Part shown: positions 38,569 to 50,479 of the stretch, piece by piece
Numbering within the stretch: the stretch's first letter is position 1
Layout: each line of letters opens with the position of its first letter
Assembly: GCA_964234715.1 (NCBI GenBank)
Contig: OZ174280.1
Direction: 5' to 3' (one strand)
DNA length: 64,000 nt
Source of the DNA: Podarcis melisellensis
Lineage: Eukaryota
The notes under the pieces: model-generated
What the model saw: the letters and a program-made list of their open reading frames with translations, nothing else
What the model was told of the DNA's origin: nothing
Database searches by the model: none
Translations under genes and position numbers: made by a program

Positions 38569-38696
38569 CAGGCAGCTCAGTTGGTAGAGCATGAAACTCT
38601 TAAACTCAGGGTCATGGACTGCAGATTCCTGCACTGCAGAGGACTGGACTAGATGACCCTCGTGACCTCTTTCAACTCTACAATTCTATGATTCTA
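38569..38696 (+). mobile_element. tRNA(Lys-CTT-like)-derived SINE with CR1-type 3' tail
   Basis: Head gcagctcagttggtagagcatgaaactcttaaactcagggtc resembles the tRNA-Lys 5' half with an A box; T-arm/B box decayed; tail ggactggactagatgaccc...caattctatgattct is a CR1 3' end. Confidence 0.75.
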
Positions 38697-39386
38697 AGTT
38701 GGCCCATGTGCTGATGCTGGACCTGTTTGCTGCTGCCCTCATCGCACGCAGTTCTCTGGGTGGCCATTTAGGGGCCTCCTGGGCTGCCTCATTAAGCTAT
38801 CAAGGAAGGGGAGGTAGAAGCCAGGCATCATACCTCAACGCACACCCAGCTGAGAATCCCTTCCTCAAGGACAATTACGTGCTGGATTTTAATTATCATT
38901 GGTATAAGATATTTATCTCTTTGAGCCACTTTGGAAGCCACTTTGTATCTCAAAGGTAGGGTAAAATAGATAAAAGTGACTTGTAGTTTATCAGGTTCAG
39001 AGTAGATATGAAGTCCTTGAAATACAAGAGGTCCTGCTTGTATCTGCAACAGCTAATTCCTACCTAGCTTCCAAAGATATCTCATTATGTTCCATAAGAA
39101 AAGACACAGATGCATTTAGAAATTATAACTATGGGGCACAAAACAAAAGAAAACTCATCCAAGGGCAAGCACATCCATAGCTTACGGTAAGAGTGCCTCT
39201 GAGTTCTAAATCAAATACCCCATCACCAAATGGGATCAGGTTACAGATACGACTGCAAGGGTGCATAACGGGTGGAAATGATGGGTTTGGATGATCTGAA
39301 AAAGAGCAGTCACATTCCACATTGATTTGCAATGCAGCAAATCAAATGGAAGCAAAACATCAAACGAGAGGTCATAAGATGCTATA

Positions 39387-39632
39387 CAGTGGTACCTCGG
39401 GATGCGAACGGCATCTGTTCCGGAGCCCCGTTCGCATCCTGAAGCGAACGCAACCCGTGTCTGCGTGGGTCGCGTTTCGCCACTTCCGCGCATGTGCGTG
39501 ACATCATTTTGACCGTCTGTGCATGCGCACGCAACAAAACCCAGAAGTAACATGCTCCATTACTTCCGGGTCACCACGGAGCGCAACCCGAAAATACTTA
39601 ACTTGAAGCACATTTATCCCGAGGTATGACTG
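39387..39632. mobile_element. Tc1/mariner MITE (CpG-rich, young)
   Basis: TA-CAGTGGTACCTCGGGAT ... ATCCCGAGGTATGACTG-TA; body related to 11717-11924. Confidence 0.9.
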
Positions 39633-40855
39633 TACATTATCAGGTCTGTGCACATTCTATAAGTTAGATGTACACTGCAGTCCTGAATATGAGACAGATG
39701 TTGGCTCCAGATCTCAACTTTCTTTCTATTGTTAAATTTTCAGACTTCCTTGGGGCAGTGAAGTTCAAGCAGTACCTGCTGAAAGCTCAAAAATATGGGT
39801 TAAGTGGGTAGGGAAGACATGTACCACTCCTTAAACCTTGCCCGTAATTTCTGTTGTCAAACCCTGACCTATGCATTTCCAACCTCATTCCCTAACACCA
39901 CAGCTATTGCTAGTTTTCTACAGGTTCAGTGGGAGCCCAAATTAAACACGGATTGTAAAAAAAAAAAGCCATGTTCAAATTATTGTCCATGGCTTCATAA
40001 CACATGCATTTATAAAGATGTGGAAAATGCTGTCACTATGTGTGCCTCCCTTGCCTCAGCTCACCTTCTGTTCCACACCAATTCCATTTCAAGCATCCTG
40101 GCTTGCATTAAGGCAGAGTTATTAGTTACGTATATCTGAGCCAGAGAATTCTGGCTTAATGCTAAAAAACCAGGATAGCAAGCCAGATTCTTCAGTTTGG
40201 ACATAACAGGGAACTCTGACTTAAAGAAAGTCAGAATCTTCACACGATGGCTGGTACATTATGGGAGGAGAGGAGGTGCAGTGGCCATGGAGGCATGAAC
40301 CACAGCTTATGAAGCTATGGATAATCATCCAAACATAGCTAATATACACATACATGTGTAATCTACTTCTTATTGAATAAATATTATTTTAAAATACACA
40401 CACCTTCATCCCTTTTATAATTGATGAACAGGATGAGCCTTGACTTTCTGCACCTGAAGAGAGGTAGGTGAGAAGTGGAAATGAGGCACCAAGCAGGATA
40501 TTTGAAACACAGTGGTTAGGGAATGCAAAACTTCATTTGCACACACATCACGCCAGGCTGGAATTCATGCCTTGCTTCCTTGCCTCTGAACCCTGGATCT
40601 CTGTCCTTACATGTCAATGGCTCCTCAAGATCTCTGTGCACATAACACAGATTTCCAATCAGAGGCGTGTACTTGGCTCCTGGTCTATTGACACTGAAGC
40701 AAGAAGGGCTCAAGGTTAATTCCTTATCAATACCCTATTGTCAGCTCGTTAATCAAAGTGAGAGGTCAGAGGCAACTGAAGTGTGAAGACAGCAGAGAGA
40801 TGGACACTAGCTCCAACACTTCCTAAAACCCATCTTTATCTTTCTCACTGTACTA

Positions 40856-41081
40856 CAGTGGTACCTCGGGTTAAGAACTTACTTGTTCTGAAGGTCCACC
40901 TGAAACTGTTCTTAACCTGAGGTACCACTTTAGCTAATGGGGCCTCGCACTGTCGCCACCGTGAAATTTCTGTTCTCATCCTGAAGCAAAGTTCTTAACC
41001 CGAGGTACTATTTCTGGGTTAGCGGAATCTGTAACCTGAAGTGTCTATAACATGAAGCATCTGTAACCCCAGGTATCACTG
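40856..41081 (-). mobile_element. Tc1/mariner MITE, reverse orientation relative to 32775
   Basis: TA-CAGTGGTACCTC ... AGGTATCACTG-TA. Confidence 0.92.
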
Positions 41082-41431
41082 TATCCCCAATTTGGGCACT
41101 TCAGGTTTTCCAACACATTTTGGTCCTGTGACACATCTACCAGCTCTACTAACACAGGTATTAAAATTAAGCTTGAGATTAGTGATCACATTAGCATAAA
41201 TCCTAAGAAGGCTGGAAACCAGTCTGTACAGAATTGTACTTAAATCATAGTTCATGTTCTATCACTGATGTAGACTTACTATATAACTCTGGGGAACTTC
41301 CTGAATTTGTGCCTCAGTTTTCCAGTGATCAAATGGAAGAATATTGATTTATTCACAGCGTTGCAATGGGGTAAAAATAAAGCCCGTAGAACAATTAATA
41401 TGCTATCTAACGAAGTACTAAAAGAATATAT

Positions 41432-42234
41432 TGTTTCATGCCACCCTAATCTCCGAGCAGTGCAAGATTCCAGGGGTTTCAGGTAAGCACCTGTGTTTCC
41501 TTTTTGGAATGAGGCACAGTGGAGACTGGTATCTTTAGGATATATCGTTTATTTACACATATATACAACCTAAGCCTACAATGGAAGGGTTCACAGTATT
41601 GACACTCCATGCAGGTCTTGCTTTCCCATAGCTGCAGCCCTGGACAGACACCAGCCATGGTTCTGACTCTGCAGCTTGCTGACTTTTTTCAGATTATAAC
41701 TTTTTCCCTCCAGCTCACATCACAGCCAACACTGAAAACCCAATCCTAAACATTACTCTATTTCAAACTCTGGCCTTTGTCTTTCTAACTAACTCAGAGC
41801 TGAAGGATGGCCCCCTCTCAAAAGCGTCTGGCACAAGGCCTCCTCTCCTTGACCATTACTTTCCCTTTGTTCTTGGTTAATGGTTAGTTTCCCAGGTGAT
41901 TAACTCACAAGGAGACTGGCCTGGTTATCATAAAATATAATCTGAATCCAGGAGTTCAGTGCCTTCTATCCAGTTTAATACAGTGGTACCTCGGGTTAAG
42001 AACTTAATTCGTTCTGGAGGTCTGTTCTTAACCTGAAACTGTTCTTAACCTGAAGCAACACTTTAGCTAATGGGGCCTCCCACTGCTGCTGCACTGCCAC
42101 TGCACAATTTCTGTTCTCATCCTGAAGCAAAGTTCTTAACCCGAGGTGCTATTTCTGGGTTAGTGGAGTGTGTAACCTGAAGCGTCTGTAACCCAAGGTA
42201 CCACTGTACTGCAAACATTGATTAAATTCTAACA
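41432..42234 (-). mobile_element. Probable solo LTR (~575 bp after removing the nested MITE)
   Basis: Minus strand starts TGTTAGAA and ends GAAACA; TATA-like TTATAA near 41694 followed about 145 nt later by AATAAA near 41548. No clean TSD seen. Confidence 0.45.
41981..42206 (-). mobile_element. Tc1/mariner MITE nested in the putative solo LTR
   Basis: TA-CAGTGGTACCT ... AGGTACCACTG-TA; closely similar to 40856-41081. Confidence 0.92.
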
Positions 42235-42586
42235 GTTACTGGATCTAGGAATTTAGGAGAGTATGGTACCCCTGAATTCTCCCATCCACAATTTCTTTTA
42301 CCTTGTACCACTCTACCTTGATTATTTACTGGGGAATGACAATGCTCTTTGTAACCAAAGTTGCTGTGCAATATCACAAACGTTCATTCCATGCCAACCT
42401 TGATCGCACAATTATATTCTCTCCCTGAAATGTATGTTCTGTGGCCAGCATTTTTATTTCACTCTATAGCCAAAAGGGTACCTAGAATGACTTGCAAGTT
42501 CACTAGTAACCCTTGAAACAGCGCATTGACTAGTTTGCGTTCTATGTCTAATAACAACACAAAATAAAAGAACCTGGAGTAGACCT

Positions 42587-43080
42587 CATAAAACATAAAA
42601 AGCTCTGCTGGATCAGACCAAAGGTCCATCTAGTCTAGCATCTCCACCCCCCCAGTGGCACAACCAGATACCTCTGGGAAGCCCACAAGTAGGACATAAA
42701 AGCAACAGCCCTCTCTTGTCATTGCTCCCCAGCAACCAGCATTCACTGCCTCTGAATATGGAGCTTAAAAAACCCATGATAGATCTATCCTGCATGAATT
42801 TCTCCAGTTCCCCTTTAAATTCATCCAAACTAGTGCCATCCCCACATCCTGTAAATTGCATCCATTAGAAACAGTATTTTCTTTTGTCTATCCTGAATCT
42901 AGTGATCAATTTCACTAGACTATGAGTTCTAGTATTATAATTAAACCATATCCACTATCTGAACACTATTTTTGTGAAGACCTCTCTTTAGTCATTTAAA
43001 AAACAACAAAAAAAAGCATTGAAGTCCCAAACATTTTAGTCTTTCCTCATCTCTGATCATTTTGGTTGCCCTTTTCTGCC
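42587..43080 (-). mobile_element. CR1 LINE 3' fragment (ORF2 C-terminus and 3' UTR)
   Basis: Translates to GTSLDEFKGELEKFMQDRSI (CR1 ORF2 end); 3' end ctagatggacctttggtctgatccagcag; related copy at 60948-61090. Confidence 0.75.
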
Positions 43081-43339
43081 TTCACATTCAGGGTTTAGGA
43101 AATAGCATTATGAGTGATATGATCTCTTGAAGCACATTTCTCTGGGGCTACTTTCCCCCAACATAACATGTCCCTTAAGGTGTTTCACACAATTCAGGTG
43201 CTATATAAACCCAGTACAACCACCATTGCTAGGTTTGTGGACAAGGGAAGAGGAACAAGTGGACAGCATAAAGGTGCTGCATTAAGATCTTCCTAAGCTC
43301 TTTCCTCAGTTCTGTAGGTTTATTGTGCTAGCCAAAGGC

Positions 43340-44040
43340 CATGACAAAAACATGGGAACACAGGCAATTTCAATACAAAATATAAATCAGGCATCTGCTA
43401 AAACAAACAGAACCATCAATTCCTAGCAAGACTATAATCAGGGAGCACTCTGCTACTACACAAAGTGTATTCAGACTTAGACCTCTGAATCCCCATTACA
43501 GTTCACAGCTATTTTGTCCAATTCTTTCTTCCTAATCTTCCTTGCCGCCAACACAAAAAGGGCCACTTTATGAGTCACTAATGCATTGCAGTCACTCAGT
43601 AACCAGTGAACCCACTCCATCAGGGGAAGACTGCTTCCTTGAACAAACAAGGATTTTAGAAAGTGACTCCTTGGGTCTGTGTGTAAGGGGCAATATAACA
43701 AAAAATGAGTATCTTCTAATTGTGATTGCCCGCATATACATAGTCTATCTGCGTATGGAATATTGTGGTAATGACTACCCAACATTTGAAACTGCAACTC
43801 AATAAAGGCAGATCTTAATGGTACAGGCAGAAATATAGGCAAGGAACTGGCTCTGAAATGCTTTGTTTTCAGCAGAGGGAAATACGGGAAACATTTAGAT
43901 GATTTAATCACTTGTAGGTCCCTTCTGGATTCTATCCAGTAGAACCAATCCCTTAGTTGGTGCTTATTCCATCTTCAGAATTTCATTCAGCTCCTGAAAA
44001 CAAGAATCAAGGCTACATTGACTGTTTAATTTCCCCCCGT
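43340..44040 (-). mobile_element. Non-LTR retrotransposon ORF2 C-terminal remnant with CCHC zinc knuckle (clade not assigned)
   Basis: ORF 43477-43911 contains RSAFIELQF...GSHYHNIPYADRLCICGQSQLEDTHFLLYCPLHTDPR, a LINE C-terminal CCHC pattern. Boundaries are approximate. Confidence 0.6.
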
Positions 44041-44103
44041 GTGTGTTCCCAGTTCTATATAATGCTCATTGTGTAAGAATGCAATTCTTCTCAGGCTTTA
44101 ACA

Positions 44104-44197
44104 CAGGTGTGGGGAACCTTTGGCCATTGTCCATGCTTGCTGGGGCCAACAGTTCTAGTTCAGCAACATCTAGAGGGATAAGTGCCCTGCACCCCTG
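44104..44197. mobile_element. Internally deleted hAT MITE
   Basis: CAGGTGTGGGGAAC ... CCCTGCACCCCTG with degenerate TSD ctttaaca / ctttaatt. Confidence 0.55.
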
Positions 44198-44581
44198 CTT
44201 TAATTGCTGCTCCAATACCTTCCAAAGTTTCTGGACCACCCTGCTTCTTACAATTGAATGCCTCTCCCACACCAGTACAAGGCTTTTTCCTCAGCTTTAT
44301 AACAACAAATTGATATAACAGGCAAATGAGGAAACATGAAATGAATTTTCTTAAATGGGGTTCTCTTGCAGACACAATGTGAAGTTGCTCTCTTCCAAAG
44401 TAATCCAAGCTGCATCAGCCTATTTTCCAAAGCAGAGTCAAAATTGTACCTAGTCTTCAGTGCACAAACATAGCATTTACTGCACCAGGTGCAGAGTACC
44501 ATTCCTATTTACACAGACATACATGTCAGTTTTGTACTATAATTTATCTTTTTAGAGTCTGACAAAGATATTGTGCATATA

Positions 44582-44760
44582 GGCAATCTGTACAACTAAA
44601 CAGTTCTGCAAGGACTTTTAGCTGTGCAATGAAATTTCCCTTCTACTCTCCTGCAAAACCTCTAAGACTATTCTGGGGATACCCTCAAACCTTCAGGAGA
44701 TTGAAGAGTGAAGTTCCATTGGACAGCTAAAAGTCCTTGTGAACTGTTTAGTCGGATGCC
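44582..44760. repeat. Long imperfect inverted repeat (MITE-like foldback)
   Basis: actaaacagttctgcaaggacttttagctgtgcaatg pairs with cattggacagctaaaagtccttgtgaactgtttagt. Confidence 0.7.
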
Positions 44761-47700
44761 ACCTTGAAAAATTATTTACCTAATTACATATGTACTGGTG
44801 TTGAAAAATATGACTGATCAACGAGAGGACATCAAATATCAGCTTCTAAACTGATCCATCTGCAATGAAAATTATGATTCTCATGTACTCCGCTGAAGCA
44901 TACCTAGAGACAAAATACTGGGCAGAAAAACTGAATATGGACTTTCCTCATCTTAAGTGTACAAACAATTCTCTTCCTACATTGCTGATAAATGGATGCT
45001 TTATTATCTATGCAAGTCAAAATAGTTCAAATGCAAAGGAAAAACAATGCAACTGTTAGATGAGCAAATGAAGCTTAGCTGCTGTTATGAAAAAGCTTAA
45101 TAGTTTAATCAAAGGGCACTCTGATGCTATAAAAAAAGGAATCCTGACCCTTTTGCTGTTTTGACTTAGAACCACTAGAGAGCAGCAAGTCATACTTTCC
45201 TCCTTTACTCCCAAAAATCTATGCTACAACAGCTGGAGAAATTCCTTCTACAAAGAAAAAAGGATTTTTATCAGGGAGGGAAACCGGGACCTAAAGCCAA
45301 CATCTCCATCAGCATACTTAAGCAGCCATTCAGAGCCCTTACTTCTGGTCTCAGGTGGTAGAACCTACACAAAGGCCACCACTAAAAGCCAAATATTATT
45401 GCAAGTTACTAATCTATTTTAGTCAATTTCACAGATGACACACCTGGGGTGATGGGGTGGTGAGGAGAGTAGCAACACAATATTATTTTTTTCAGAAGTC
45501 CTCTTTGTGTTGTTAACTCCTCAGGGAAACACTTGGCACCATCGTTGTCAGTTTTTAGGAACCCAGCTGAGACATTTTTATCTCCATAGGCTTTCGAGTT
45601 TTTGAGATAATACTTGTGTATTAATTTAGCCTCCACCGTAGTGCTCATCTTTTAGTTAGGTAAACAAGACTTGTCCTTTTTATTGTATTTGTGAATGAGA
45701 ACTTTAGGGGGGTTTCTTTTTGCACCTTCTTTTTATTTTTATATTATATATTGATATTTTATATTCTTGTTAAGTTCCTTTGAGACGCCTTCTTTTATAA
45801 AACAACAAACTAATGGAATAACTAAACAACAACAACCTTTGCAGTAATTAGTTTAATTGCTGCTTATGTAGTGTTTTGTTTTTATCAGTGCTGCTTTCAG
45901 TTTTAGTCAGTCTAGAAGAAAGCCTGCTGCTATCTGATTTGGTTTTTATTTTTATTCACTGTGATATTTTCAAGATTTTTTATTGCTATCCTTTGGAAAA
46001 TGAAAAGTGGAATATAAATGTTTAAATTTAAACAAACTCACTCAAGCTGTGGGAAGCTCGCAGAAGTTCAAGTTAAAGCAACTGTCAGTGCAAACAGCAC
46101 AGACCACCATAGGCTCGATAATAACAAAAAAGTAGGACGCACCCATTATGTATCATATAAAATGATCCAGCCCAAATATCTCTGCAACACAGCACAATTT
46201 GTCCTATAATACAATTTAGCAAGATCTTCATAAGTTATCTTATTCTGTCCTCACAACAACCCTGTGAGGTAGGTTAGACAAAAATGTTGTGACTGACCCA
46301 AAGTTACACAGAGATTTTCACAGTTGAGGCTACAATCCTACACACATTTGTCTTAGTAACTTCAACAGGACTTAACTCCTATTTCAGGGCAAAAATGAAC
46401 TGGTTTGCTCTGTAAGCACATGAACTAAAGTCCATCTGGTTGAAGTCCAAATCTGACATCCAGTGTATCAGAAAGAATAAGACATTAAAACACAACACCA
46501 TGATGCCCATTTTGTATTATTCAGCATAAATGCATCTGCAAACATTAGAAAGCCCTATTTTTAATTAAAGGCTACAGAGTGATTCCTGGAATTAGATTTC
46601 AGTCTCTTTTTCTATAGGTGTGCAAATAGCTCAGTTCTTCCACTCTGTGACAATATTGTGGGAAAGCAGCAGTAAAATGAATTGCATTCAACAAAGGTGG
46701 CAATATAGGGTTTTTGTTATTAACAGATAAATTATGAATGCACTACCTGTAAAATCTATTTGAGAGAAGCCTTAAAATCTCCTAATACCACATCTGCAGC
46801 TAGGGCAACTGAGGGACTATTTATATTTAAGGCTTTAAACCCCTTATTCTTCAGGAGTCTCACTAAAGGTTTAGATCTAGTTGCCTATTATTTCTGAGTC
46901 ACCTAGCTTGTTATCATCTTAAACACTTTAGCACATATCAAACAGCAACATGTTTTCTTCTCCAGTTATTTCCCCCAGTATACAGTTATGAACTGGGGGC
47001 AAAATACCCTGAGCTATTGACCCATTGATAGGGAAGACACATGGAAACTGACACCAAGATAGGTAAATCCACCCATTTGAAACATAGTAATTAGCTACAG
47101 CAGCTCGGCTAGAACTTCAGTCAATAACCTTCACTGTTTTAAGCATTTCTACAATGATCAAGTTAATGTAAAACTGATTAGATACTAGAAAACTTTCTAG
47201 CCACCTCTGTACTCACAAGACAAGACAGCAAAGAATGTTTCACCACCCCACCTCCGTACTGTTACCAAAGTTATAGCAAGTTTTCCTGGATCAATATGGA
47301 ATAAAAGAGTGTGATTTCATAAATGCAAAAGACAGATCCAGAAAAGAGATAGGCACAACTTTAGACATGTCCTTTTAATTCTGTGTTATAGTCTATAGCT
47401 TAGTTGATAATATGAAGTCACTAGCCTGGCTTTAACTCACAAGAAGCCTCCTCCTATCCTCAGCTAAAAAGTACTTGTTCACAAGGCAAGTGTAAGAGAG
47501 AGAAAAGCAGCCCAGAGATGGTGGTGGGTCAACTACTTGCAGAGTTGTATACAGCAGCACAGAAAGGAACTGATTTTGCTTCACAAGGTGAGATTCTACA
47601 TACATCAAAACATAAAATTTAATATCAGCCAGAGGTACATTTGAGAGCCGGTGCTTACTAAAATCTGAGAAACCAAACAGGAAGCTATGTAAGATTTCAA

Positions 47701-47772
47701 ACAGTTAGGGACGGGCTTCAGCAACCAGTACAGGTCCTTGCTCCCCATGATCAGGAGAAGCAGGATAAAATA

Positions 47773-48047
47773 CAGCAGACCCTTGGGTTACGTTATCTTC
47801 GGGTAACATAACTTTTGGGTTGCGAATGCGGCAAACCCAGAAGTGTATACTTCCGGATTTCGCTGCGCGCGCATGCACAAAAACGCTCTACGCACTTCAT
47901 GCATGCGCAGAAGTGCTCTGCACACTGCACACAGAAGTGCTCTATCGCACTGTGTGTGTGCGCAGAAGCGGCGCCTCATGTTGCAGACTTTTCAGGGTAC
48001 ATAAGGACCCCCAGAACGAATTAAGTTCGTATCCAGAGGGTCCACTG
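47773..48047. mobile_element. Tc1/mariner MITE with internal ~24-bp tandem units
   Basis: TA-CAGCAGACCCTTGG ... CCAGAGGGTCCACTG-TA; repeated cagaagtgctct units; shares acccagaagt and gaacgaattaagttc motifs with the other mariner MITEs. Confidence 0.85.
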
Positions 48048-48444
48048 TATACACTGTATATCAAATGAGTGTATGCAAATGTGTATACTTAAATAAAAGT
48101 TGCAGAATTTCGCTTTTCTTAGCTCGAAAGTGTGCATGTTTAAATGCACAGATAACACACAGCCTATTAGAGTACTTTCCAAAGCCCATGAGCCAAAGTC
48201 AAGAAGAATGAAGATATTGCAAAATGCATCAGTGTGGGTTTGCTCATATTTATCCTACAGTCCCACTCTCTGCTACTCAGCTATATGACAATTTCAGACA
48301 TTCAGATTCTGAGAAATACTTTGGCTTGCATTAGTGAGAGGCAGCAACAGAATTTTATCAAAAGCAATGATGAACGGTTTAGAGTATAATATTAGTGGGA
48401 GAACAGGCAGATACTAATACCTTCACAACAGCCACCAAGTGAGC

Positions 48445-49101
48445 CTAAGTGCTCCCAATGCAATTATACATAAAGGAGGTGCAATGAGTTGTGTATAAGG
48501 TGGGATATGCTCGCAGGTGGCTGACATGATCAGTGTCCACAAAGTCCACAGCCTTAACAAGGACCTGATGCTGCTTCCGAGCCTCTATCATATTCTCCAC
48601 ATCACTTGCTTGAATAACAGAATCCGCCTTGGAGTAGAGGTATAGCTCAGGCCATCTAGAGAGTTGCTTCGACATGGCATCATAGTGGCTCTCATGTACA
48701 AAGCGGGTCACAGGATACAGTACCATCCGCCATGTCACCACCAGAACTGCAAATGTCAGTAAAAGGGCATACTTAACACATACATTGTATGACGATAGGA
48801 CAACTGAGAGGGCACCAAGCGCACCCCGCAGATTCTTCCTGCCAGGAGCACTGTCAAACACAGTACCCACCACCCTTAGATGCTGGAACTGCTGGTGAGT
48901 GTGAAGAAGCTCCACAATGTAGCGGTACAGCATGACACCTCCATTGCTGAAGACATGAAAGAGCAGGGGCTTCGTCTCTACTTTGTAGTCAAAGAGGAGC
49001 TCCAGCAGCTTCTTTGCCAAGTTCTGCAAGGAATTTATACCCAAGGATTCTGAAAAGAAAACCAATCTCCAAGGAGCCGTATAGCGGATCACTACACATC
49101 C
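48445..49101 (-). CDS. TMEM53: Transmembrane protein 53 (DUF829 family), coding exon 3
   Basis: [11 protein letters not shown]...[13 protein letters not shown]...FDSAPG...[11 protein letters not shown]...HVSHLRAYP recognised as TMEM53; tcctcacag acceptor; 657 nt including the stop; one hydrophobic segment. Confidence 0.97.
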   Translation of the reverse strand, partial: GCVVIRYTAPWRLVFFSESLGINSLQNLAKKLLELLFDYKVETKPLLFHVFSNGGVMLYRYIVELLHTHQQFQHLRVVGTVFDSAPGRKNLRGALGALSVVLSSYNVCVKYALLLTFAVLVVTWRMVLYPVTRFVHESHYDAMSKQLSRWPELYLYSKADSVIQASDVENMIEARKQHQVLVKAVDFVDTDHVSHLRAYPTLYTTHCTSFMYNCIGST

Positions 49102-49879
49102 CTGTGAGGAATACACAAGTTTTAGTGTGTGCCATACAGTAAAAAGAACAAGAATTGGACAAGGTGTGCCAAGAGAAATATTCATATACTGCATATTTGA
49201 GAATTGCTCTCAATTTTCACTTCAGGAAATGGAAACATCTTAAAAGCAATACTCCTATATAGACTAGCAATTAGGTACATGTTAGGTTATCACAAAGGGT
49301 GAGTCCTGAGGAATGAGTAACAAACTAAATTACCTGCAGTGGACTACAGTGATGGGCAAATGAAGCTCTTTCATTTCAAGTCAGTGACTCATCCAAAAAA
49401 ACCTTAACTCCAGTCACAAATCCCATACTTGTCAGCTGACATGCTTATAGCGTGTTTTATACCAGTGTTTGAGCAAGAGAGTGGAAAGGAATCCATTATA
49501 GCCAAAATGGCTTTAACAGCGGGGGGAGAGAGACAACTGCTCAGTCTCCCTGCCTTTAACATGGAAACCACATTTCAGTCTAAAACATCTATTATCAGAA
49601 AGAAATAAAGTGAACATCAGACAGGACCTCAGTTAATTTTCAGAATCTTTGAAGAGCTAAGCAATAAATACAAAATAGTAGGCTTTTGAATGTTCCCTAG
49701 AATACATTTTAAAGAGGATGCCAAGCAAACTTCTTAAGCTAAAGTTGCTACCAAAACCAAACACTTCAAATATTCCCAAGCTTTCTGTTAACATAAAAGA
49801 GTTGAAAAAGATCTCAATCAGGCAATATAGAAAATTCAACTTTGAAATCAGTCAAGCTACTCTCTGCGACTTATTATGC

Positions 49880-50070
49880 ATGTATGTAATTTGTATACCA
49901 CCCTTCATCTGAAGATCGCAGGGCAGTTCACAACAGAAAAATACAAAATACACAATAAAACAACAACAACCAAATAATCCCCCCTCCTATAACACACATT
50001 TTAAAAGCCATAGAATGTTAATCAGCCAAATGCCTGGTTGAAGAGAAACATTTTCACTTGGCACTAAAGT
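49880..50070 (-). mobile_element. LINE (L2-like) 3' tail fragment in TMEM53 intron 2
   Basis: Similar to 16655-16850. Confidence 0.5.
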
Positions 50071-50289
50071 CTACTCTATGCAAGTCCTGGGAATGATCAG
50101 GTCAGGAAATTCTCACCCTAGAATTTTCACTTTTTGAGTAGTTCTTTTATACACAATGTTCAGGTGTGCCACATGCCACCCAAAGTACAAACCATCCAAG
50201 TGTTCTTGATGTATCTCTGGATTGCCCACGAATTGTTCTTTCTCTGAAGAACACTGCAATAACTGCAGTCAAGTAAGTTCACTACTCAC

Positions 50290-50402
50290 CTCCTGAAGGT
50301 AGATGGTGCTGTATTTCTGCAGGTACCTATCCTTGCAGCCAGCCCACCCAAGCAGTATCACCACGGGCAGATTGCCTTTACTTCTCTTTGCAGCACCGGA
50401 CT
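50290..50402 (-). CDS. TMEM53: TMEM53 coding exon 2 (SGAAKRSKGNLPVVILLGWAGCKDRYLQKYSTIYLQE)
   Basis: PVVILLGW-GCKD motif; ttttttcag acceptor and GAG|gtgagt donor; 113 nt, phase 1 to 0, fits both neighbouring exons. Confidence 0.96.
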
Positions 50403-50479
50403 CTGAAAAAAAGAAAAGAAGATTAAATGTCTGTCTTAGTCTTAACGAAAGGATTACTGTGCCACCAGACACGCAAACT

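Noticed and set aside
38569-38640. tRNA-Lys gene
   Set aside because: Only the 5' half resembles a tRNA; the T-arm and acceptor stem are lost and it is fused to a CR1 tail, so it is a SINE.
49102-49194. N-terminal 31 aa of the 249-aa ORF as the TMEM53 start
   Set aside because: Intronic read-through upstream of a clear acceptor; the real N-terminus comes from exons at 50882-50819 and 50402-50290.
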